This document shows, piece after piece, positions 58,113 to 64,000 of a stretch of DNA of 64,000 nucleotides. Position numbers and translations under genes: made by a program. How positions within the stretch are numbered: position 1 is the first letter of the stretch; the number at the start of each line of letters is the position of its first letter. A model generated the notes under the pieces. The model ran no database searches, had not been told where the DNA came from, and saw nothing but the letters and a program-made list of their open reading frames with translations. Source of the DNA: an uncultured Alphaproteobacteria bacterium (GTDB lineage: Bacteria > Pseudomonadota > Alphaproteobacteria > Rs-D84). The stretch spans positions 10,311 through 74,310 of the forward strand of contig CASCZI010000007.1 of NCBI GenBank assembly GCA_949156565.1, given 5' to 3'.

Positions 58113-58742
58113 TTATGCTTCCAATTTAACAGGCTGAATTTTCTTATAATCCTGGATACCATCGATTTTCGTAATAAATTCTTGTTGCGTCAATTTATCG
58201 TTCAATGAATTATCCGTTTTCAGCATATAGTTCTTATAAAATTCTTTCTGCAATGCACGAATTGATGGGTTATTATATCCACACCCCAAAAGATCATAAT
58301 AATCACACGCGTACTGAATTTCTTCTTTGCTCAAAGAGAAAATATCCTTTCCAATGAACGTCAGTTCAAGTGTTGATTCTTCAATTTCATCAATATTACG
58401 TGTCAAAACACCATCGTATAATTTACCAGTTTTTGCTAATTCCATAATCACAAATCTCTGACTATGGTATTGCAATTCATTATCTGGACATTCCGGGATC
58501 AAGATGTTAACGGTGTATGGAACCATTTCCTCTCCTCGACGCACATTCCCTGATACGGTCAATTTTAACGCTTTTACTTTATTTTCTACTGCTTTTGTCT
58601 TCTTTGCGGGCTTTTCTGTCTCTTCTGCCATGACACCGGCCGAATAATCATCCGCCGGGATCGGTTTATTGACGTCCCGTTCAATAACACCTGTCACCAT
58701 CGGTTTTTCACTTAATCCAAACTGTTCCTTTGCATTTGCCAT
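58113..58742 (-). CDS. Phage hypothetical protein
   Basis: 209-aa ORF with AAGGAG RBS in the head module. Confidence 0.7.
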   Translation of the reverse strand: MANAKEQFGLSEKPMVTGVIERDVNKPIPADDYSAGVMAEETEKPAKKTKAVENKVKALKLTVSGNVRRGEEMVPYTVNILIPECPDNELQYHSQRFVIMELAKTGKLYDGVLTRNIDEIEESTLELTFIGKDIFSLSKEEIQYACDYYDLLGCGYNNPSIRALQKEFYKNYMLKTDNSLNDKLTQQEFITKIDGIQDYKKIQPVKLEA

Positions 58743-58743
58743 G

Positions 58744-59283
58744 TTATTCTCCTTTATTATTCGTATTATTTATTTCCCATGCATTTATAGCATTTTCTGC
58801 TCTTGTTGCCGCCGCTTCACAATTTTTCTGTAAATCCGACAGGATCCCGTCTGTTGTAATTGAATGATCCGCTTCGGTCTGAATTTTTCTCAAACTTTCC
58901 TCTACAACTTTTCGTTTGCATTCCAATGTTTCTAACAATACTTCACGACCTATCATTTTTGAACGTTTATCAAAATCTGCCATGGTTTGTTCTGATTTGC
59001 ATGCAAATTCTGCGGCTTCTTTATCAATCTCGATCAATTTTGGCAAAACATCATTATCCTGAAATATAAAATAATCTTGTAATTGCGAAAATGGAACAAA
59101 CCATACACTGCGCTGACCTTTCTTGTCGGGACATTCCGCCCCACCGTTTAATCGCGTTTGACACAGATAAATTCCGCTTGTGCTTACCGCAACTTTCGCG
59201 GCATATATGTTCGTAGCAACAACGAATGCGACATTCTGACCATCCATTTTATTTAATTGTTCTTTATTTAAAAATTGTGTCAT
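58744..59283 (-). CDS. Phage hypothetical protein with C-terminal coiled coil
   Basis: 179-aa ORF overlapping the scaffold stop codon. Confidence 0.65.
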   Translation of the reverse strand: MTQFLNKEQLNKMDGQNVAFVVATNIYAAKVAVSTSGIYLCQTRLNGGAECPDKKGQRSVWFVPFSQLQDYFIFQDNDVLPKLIEIDKEAAEFACKSEQTMADFDKRSKMIGREVLLETLECKRKVVEESLRKIQTEADHSITTDGILSDLQKNCEAAATRAENAINAWEINNTNNKGE

Positions 59284-59984
59284 TTGTTATACCCATATTT
59301 CTTAAATATTGCGTCTTTCAATTCTTTTTTATTCGGAACATTGCCAATCGCCATAATCTCATCCTGCATTCTACTCAAAACATCGTGATCAATATTCCCA
59401 TCTTTGTCATAAACAGCGCTCTGATTGCTGGCATTGGACGATACTGGCGGGGGCATTCCCTCTTTAACCGCAAATGCATCGGCCAGATCTGAAAATACAT
59501 CGTATACATTCAACAATTGGTCATTTTTAATTTCCATCATGGCTTCAATAGATTTTTGTGGAATCTTTGACAACATGGCATTAATTTTATCCAATTGTGC
59601 TTCTTTTCCTTTAAATCTTTCGTTTTTTAGTGTGTTCCATTGTTCCGGATCATATGTCTTATCAGACAATGCCATAATATAATCCATGATTGGTTTCGCT
59701 TGTTGCTTTACCAATCCCGATTCCTTGGCAACTTTTATAAATTCTTCATCCATTCCGGACCAATCTTGCTTGTCCGCCACGGCTTTGGTCTTATCAAAGA
59801 ACCCTTTCCATACGTCATCACCATCATTTTCATTCGGCATCGCACGCTCTGATTGCAATTTACCGATGAATGATTCTTTATCGATTATTCTTTTGCACAA
59901 ATCCGAAACAGATGTGACACCCTGCAAAACCTGAACATCCTTATACTCATCCGGTAATACAAATTCATTCTCCATCTTATTCAC
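59280..59984 (-). CDS. Capsid scaffolding protein
   Basis: LCKRIIDKESFIGK, NENDGDDVWKGFFDK pattern; position before the capsid gene. Confidence 0.65.
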   Translation of the reverse strand: MNKMENEFVLPDEYKDVQVLQGVTSVSDLCKRIIDKESFIGKLQSERAMPNENDGDDVWKGFFDKTKAVADKQDWSGMDEEFIKVAKESGLVKQQAKPIMDYIMALSDKTYDPEQWNTLKNERFKGKEAQLDKINAMLSKIPQKSIEAMMEIKNDQLLNVYDVFSDLADAFAVKEGMPPPVSSNASNQSAVYDKDGNIDHDVLSRMQDEIMAIGNVPNKKELKDAIFKKYGYNK

Positions 59985-60312
59985 CCCTTGTATCCATAAT
60001 TAATTTTGTCACATTTTCTTTCGTCAAATGCTTGAAAACCAACGCGCGAATCATTTCATGTTGTGCATGAATCGCTCCTCGGTCTTCTGGTTTATATTTA
60101 AATAATGAATCCCAATATTTGCTCCATTTAACCATGGAAACAATGACATGATGACCGTATTCTGTATCAAAAACGGAATTCAATGCGGTACGATACTTTA
60201 CTTTTTCTTCCTGAATTTCTTCTTTTTGTTTTTCATCGGGGAACGATACTCCAAATGCCTTTAATAAATCGACCGCGGTAATTCCGCCGGACTTCTTTGT
60301 GGTTGTTTTCAT
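59977..60312 (-). CDS. Bbp19-like small head protein
   Basis: VFDTEYGHHVI motif directly after the portal gene. Confidence 0.6.
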   Translation of the reverse strand: MKTTTKKSGGITAVDLLKAFGVSFPDEKQKEEIQEEKVKYRTALNSVFDTEYGHHVIVSMVKWSKYWDSLFKYKPEDRGAIHAQHEMIRALVFKHLTKENVTKLIMDTRGE

Positions 60313-60321
60313 GCTTCATCC

Positions 60322-62007
60322 TTATATTTGTGGTTTCATTGTTGCCGCTTGCGCGTTATTGCGATTTGCCTGACTGGCAATATTTGCAATTTGCGCTTCT
60401 TGCGCGACGGCGGCTTCCCGCGCACGCGCCGCTTTCCGCTGTTCGTGTTCCATCTTTGTCGGCAGAACATTTTTCAACACGGAATCTCTTACGATTTCTA
60501 ATACGGAATCATATAAATCTAAATCTGGCGCAATGGACTGATCAATTTGTGCCGCCATTATAATACTATTTAACGTATTGACAAAATCTCTCTGCTTGGA
60601 TGCATTTAATATATTTGTCACAGCATTGTTATGCTTTATGTCATACCATGCTTTACCCTCTCTGATGGCTTCCTTAACGAATTCCGGGGCATTCCTAAGA
60701 TCAAAGAATCCCTTTGTTCTTGCCGCAATATTTGTTATGCGCGTATAGAATCCTGAAATTTGACTTAAATGACGCATTAATACACCTGATAATACCTCAC
60801 CTTGCATGGCCAAACGGTTCACAAATTCTGTTGCTGTCATGCCATTGGTCTGAATAATGGGCATAATAACGTCTAATTTAAACGCCTTTGTCAATTCGTC
60901 TGCCAAAAATGTCAACAGGAATTTAGTCAACGGCTCCGCATTCCCAATATCTTGTAATGGAACGATCGGATTATTGGCGCTTGCAAATGTCGAATCCAGG
61001 GCTAATATCGCCCCCGCATCTGTATCAATCTCCGTATCCTGGGCGATCGCGTTATCATAAATACCAATCGCCGGATCCGCTGTTTTCCCCAATGCCTGAT
61101 ACGCCAAATATAAAATACCATTTATCGCCGCCACTGTGTTTATGAAATTCCCAATGTCACTGCGTCCGTACACCTCACCCCTAATACGGGCATATCTCGA
61201 TACGATCAATGGATTTTCATAATATTCATTTTTTGCAAATATCTTGTCGTCATTATCAAATATCCACGCGCCAACAAATTGTGCCGTCCGCGGTCCTATT
61301 TTTGCATTTGAATCAAATTCGTCGTTTTTATGAATAATGCAATATAGTTTATATTTTGTGTCCCACTCACCACTTTCAAATGCCTTTCGAATTTCCGACG
61401 GCAATCGTTTATAGTATTCTCCTTTGCTCCCACCGAAATAGTCTACAATGACTTGTGGATACCAGTTAAACGCCAATACGGCATATTCTGGTTGTGAATT
61501 TCCCCCATCTTGGATGGCCATATTATCAACACCAAATTGTTGAACAACAAACGGACAGTCCGGGTCATTACTTTCTGTCACAAAGAATGCTGTTGTCCCA
61601 TATGTTTCCCAATCGCGATAGAACATATTCTTCACTTCAAGGAATCCAGATTTCGGTGAATGCAATGCACGAATCAATCGACGCGTTTGTTCATCGAACC
61701 AATCTTGGTCACTTTGGCGAACATCTTTAATATTGTCCGGTGGTACTAATGAAAAGGGATTTTTTGACGGAAAAACCAACGATGCATAAAAATCACATAC
61801 TGTTTCAACGGCACGACGACTAGACGGATCATATGCATTCGTATCCAAAACATCACTTTCGCCGATTCCGCTCTCTCCTAGTCGATTACTATACAGCGTA
61901 TTGTGTCCCAAGACGGACGCAATCAATGACCATAGTTTGATATACCCACTTCTTACACTCTCTAAATTATTCTTTAGTGATTTGTAAAAACTTATACTTT
62001 TAACCAC
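60322..62007 (-). CDS. Portal (head-tail connector) protein
   Basis: 561 aa; SRYARIRGEVYGRS, MTATEF motifs. Confidence 0.9.
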   Translation of the reverse strand: MVKSISFYKSLKNNLESVRSGYIKLWSLIASVLGHNTLYSNRLGESGIGESDVLDTNAYDPSSRRAVETVCDFYASLVFPSKNPFSLVPPDNIKDVRQSDQDWFDEQTRRLIRALHSPKSGFLEVKNMFYRDWETYGTTAFFVTESNDPDCPFVVQQFGVDNMAIQDGGNSQPEYAVLAFNWYPQVIVDYFGGSKGEYYKRLPSEIRKAFESGEWDTKYKLYCIIHKNDEFDSNAKIGPRTAQFVGAWIFDNDDKIFAKNEYYENPLIVSRYARIRGEVYGRSDIGNFINTVAAINGILYLAYQALGKTADPAIGIYDNAIAQDTEIDTDAGAILALDSTFASANNPIVPLQDIGNAEPLTKFLLTFLADELTKAFKLDVIMPIIQTNGMTATEFVNRLAMQGEVLSGVLMRHLSQISGFYTRITNIAARTKGFFDLRNAPEFVKEAIREGKAWYDIKHNNAVTNILNASKQRDFVNTLNSIIMAAQIDQSIAPDLDLYDSVLEIVRDSVLKNVLPTKMEHEQRKAARAREAAVAQEAQIANIASQANRNNAQAATMKPQI

Positions 62008-63368
62008 TTCGGCTTTTCCTTTTTATTAACGCTTACTTTTTTAACACATTTTCCGCGTTCAAATTGACTATACGTGTTAACACCACGCTGTAATCCATAT
62101 ACCGCCATTGCCACGGAATCCGAATAATCCGGCGACCGTCCCAATATGCGTTTGATCTGATCTTTCTTGGCCAATTGAATTTTTCCACCCGTCGATTCTT
62201 GCCCTATAATTATTTGGGTTCTCAAATCTTCCTTACAACGCGATACTGCCTGGGGGCTACCCAGTAGGTGCAACCGCCCCGCGCGGGCATATTCTTCCAA
62301 TTTCCCATATGCGGCGGCGCGTCTATTGAAATAAATTCCTTGTGGCTCTGACGTTCCATGAAATTCGATTAAATTGGGATGTTTGCCACGAACTTGCAAA
62401 ACGGCCAATCCCTGGCCATCGGCATCCCATACCTCCCAATTGGGTCTAAATTGCCCCAATTCTTGCATAACACGTCCAACTAATGACTGCGTGTCCAATC
62501 GCAATCCATCGCCGACCATAACATACACATGGCCATCATCGCCCAATATCGCCTTGCTGATAACGCTACAATCGCCGCCGCCTATGGCAACGTCCACCCC
62601 AATCGATGTATTTACTGGATGAAAATCTGAATCATACTCGGATGTGGCGCTTTCTAATTCAAGCGGCGTGAATAGACGCACATACTCATCCACATCATCA
62701 TACAGAACTGTTGCCCGCCATAATGCTTCATTTTCTTCCTTTAATGCATCCCACGTCGCCCGTGTCGTCGGATCCAGGTACGGGTTTTCCCAATAATCAA
62801 TACGAACATAGATATATAATCCTGCGCGCCCGTATGCCGCGGCAAAATCCAATATGTACTGCGGGAACCTGTTTGACCCCAGGATGATAATACCCCCTTT
62901 TCGCAAATAGGTATTCAACGTATCCATGGCGGCCTTTTCGCCCCAGTTTTCTACTTCATCTATAAAGATTAGCTTCCCCCCGCGTTCACCACCTTTTAGG
63001 GCTGTCTTTCTGCTTGGATGAAATCCCTGATAGACAATCGATTGGCCAGTGACGAATTGATGTTCAAACTTATTGATTTCAATCAGATTGTCCCCCGCCA
63101 CTTCCAGATTTAGTTCCGTGATACTATCGGACAGTTTCTTCTCTACAATCAATCCTTCGATTGCCGTATCCGCATATCCCCACATCAATAACTGCTGGAC
63201 GGCCTGCACATTTCCCCATGATTTACCGCTCCCACGCGATCCCTCTACCAATATCAATCCGCCGCCATTTTCGTACGCCTTAATAATGGCATTTTTAATC
63301 TTGTCATTCATCGTCGCTGTAAATTCACAGAAATTTACAGTTAGATTTCTTTTATTTCTTCTTGTCAT
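61992..63368 (-). CDS. Terminase large subunit
   Basis: EGSRGSGKS (Walker A), FIDEVE (Walker B), IGVDVA and GRSPDYSDS nuclease motifs. Confidence 0.88.
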   Translation of the reverse strand: MTRRNKRNLTVNFCEFTATMNDKIKNAIIKAYENGGGLILVEGSRGSGKSWGNVQAVQQLLMWGYADTAIEGLIVEKKLSDSITELNLEVAGDNLIEINKFEHQFVTGQSIVYQGFHPSRKTALKGGERGGKLIFIDEVENWGEKAAMDTLNTYLRKGGIIILGSNRFPQYILDFAAAYGRAGLYIYVRIDYWENPYLDPTTRATWDALKEENEALWRATVLYDDVDEYVRLFTPLELESATSEYDSDFHPVNTSIGVDVAIGGGDCSVISKAILGDDGHVYVMVGDGLRLDTQSLVGRVMQELGQFRPNWEVWDADGQGLAVLQVRGKHPNLIEFHGTSEPQGIYFNRRAAAYGKLEEYARAGRLHLLGSPQAVSRCKEDLRTQIIIGQESTGGKIQLAKKDQIKRILGRSPDYSDSVAMAVYGLQRGVNTYSQFERGKCVKKVSVNKKEKPKWLKV

Positions 63369-63672
63369 AAGTGAACGGAATTGTCCTAATATCTTTAACG
63401 CTTATCTGTTGCTCCGGTCTCTGACCTGATGTGTCACGAACAAATTCGGCCGCTTTTGTGTCTCCTGCCATGGCCTTCTTCACCTGCGCGACCATCATCA
63501 TTTCTAATCGGGTCTTGTCTTCGCCATCAACTATCTCCCCCATCAATAATTCCAACATTTCACGCATTGCCTTTATCTCTCGACGCGATTTTCCACTTGC
63601 AATCCCACCGGCACGCCCTATCTTTCGTGCTTCGTCCGTGGTTAATGATCTTAAGTTACCTTTCCCTGCCAT
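63352..63672 (-). CDS. Terminase small subunit-like protein
   Basis: NLRSLTTDEARKIGRAGGIASGKSRR, AMAGDTKAAEFVRDTSGQRP; overlaps terL. Confidence 0.75.
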   Translation of the reverse strand: MAGKGNLRSLTTDEARKIGRAGGIASGKSRREIKAMREMLELLMGEIVDGEDKTRLEMMMVAQVKKAMAGDTKAAEFVRDTSGQRPEQQISVKDIRTIPFTYDKKK

Positions 63673-64000
63673 TTGTTTCCCATACAAAAAACCGACGGCT
63701 GTGCCATCGGTCCCGTTCAAACTGATTAATGGGTGGCGGGGGTTGTAAACGAACCTGGATTAACGGTGTCCCCCGCCACAAATTCGATACAATAACACGT
63801 ATCTTAATGGTGAGAGTATCTTAAAATTCGTGTTTTGCAAGGATTATTTTTTATTGCTCTAAAAAAAACGCCGGAAATCCGCCATAAAATTCATGAAAAT
63901 TGGGTGACATTTTTTGATCGACTTGTGCATTTTGTATAAACGATTTTTTATGATTCCCACATCTCAATCAGAAATTTTATGGTGCACACAATAATAAAAA

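Larger units (their letters stand above)
39027..64000 (-). mobile_element. Podovirus-like prophage integrated in tRNA-Gly (continues beyond the window)
   Basis: Co-oriented terminase, portal, scaffold, capsid, tail tube, ejection, tail fibre and lysis genes, ending at a tRNA 3' duplication. Confidence 0.9.

Overview
This is a bacterial chromosome segment, probably from a gut alphaproteobacterium of the Rs-D84/Enterousia type. That assignment is an inference from the alpha-type RpoZ, the MlaE-STAS/MlaF/MlaD/PqiC operon and the Cys-rich surface proteins. Genetic code 11 applies: TGA is used as a stop in ATGA overlaps. From left to right: (i) 1-14.7 kb is housekeeping (PIF1-like helicase, tRNA-CAT, a 1.4-kaa Cys-rich surface protein, HI0933 flavoprotein, lipase, Mla-like ABC operon, outer-membrane barrel, arginase, mtaB, rpoZ, tRNA-Ser). 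(ii) About 14.7-22.7 kb is an AT-rich defence island integrated at the tRNA-Ser(GGA) 3' end, bounded by an 11-bp direct repeat. It carries an Abi_C protein, a broken serine recombinase, a GIY-YIG nuclease, a catalytically inactive RsAgo-like long-B Argonaute with its coupled nuclease, and two inverted, covarying copies of a ~175-nt structured RNA-like element, each with its own promoter. (iii) 23-25.2 kb is a MuF-like/lysozyme polymorphic-toxin locus with an orphan Tlde1-like tip. (iv) 25.2-38.6 kb is housekeeping (smpB, tatD, holB, dacA, csp, lysS with a candidate Lys-leader attenuator, a RelA/SpoT-like gene, a Slam/lipoprotein pair, GT2) with REP-like palindromes. (v) 39.0 kb to the window end is a podovirus-like prophage integrated in tRNA-Gly(GCC), next to an older integrase relic. 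It shows lysis, tail, ejection, capsid, portal and terminase genes, plus a self-contained HTH + six-small-gene cassette of unknown function. The best candidates for undescribed biology are the duplicated structured RNA in the Argonaute island, the phage small-gene cassette and the lysS leader. All family assignments come from motif recognition by eye; no database search or folding program was run.
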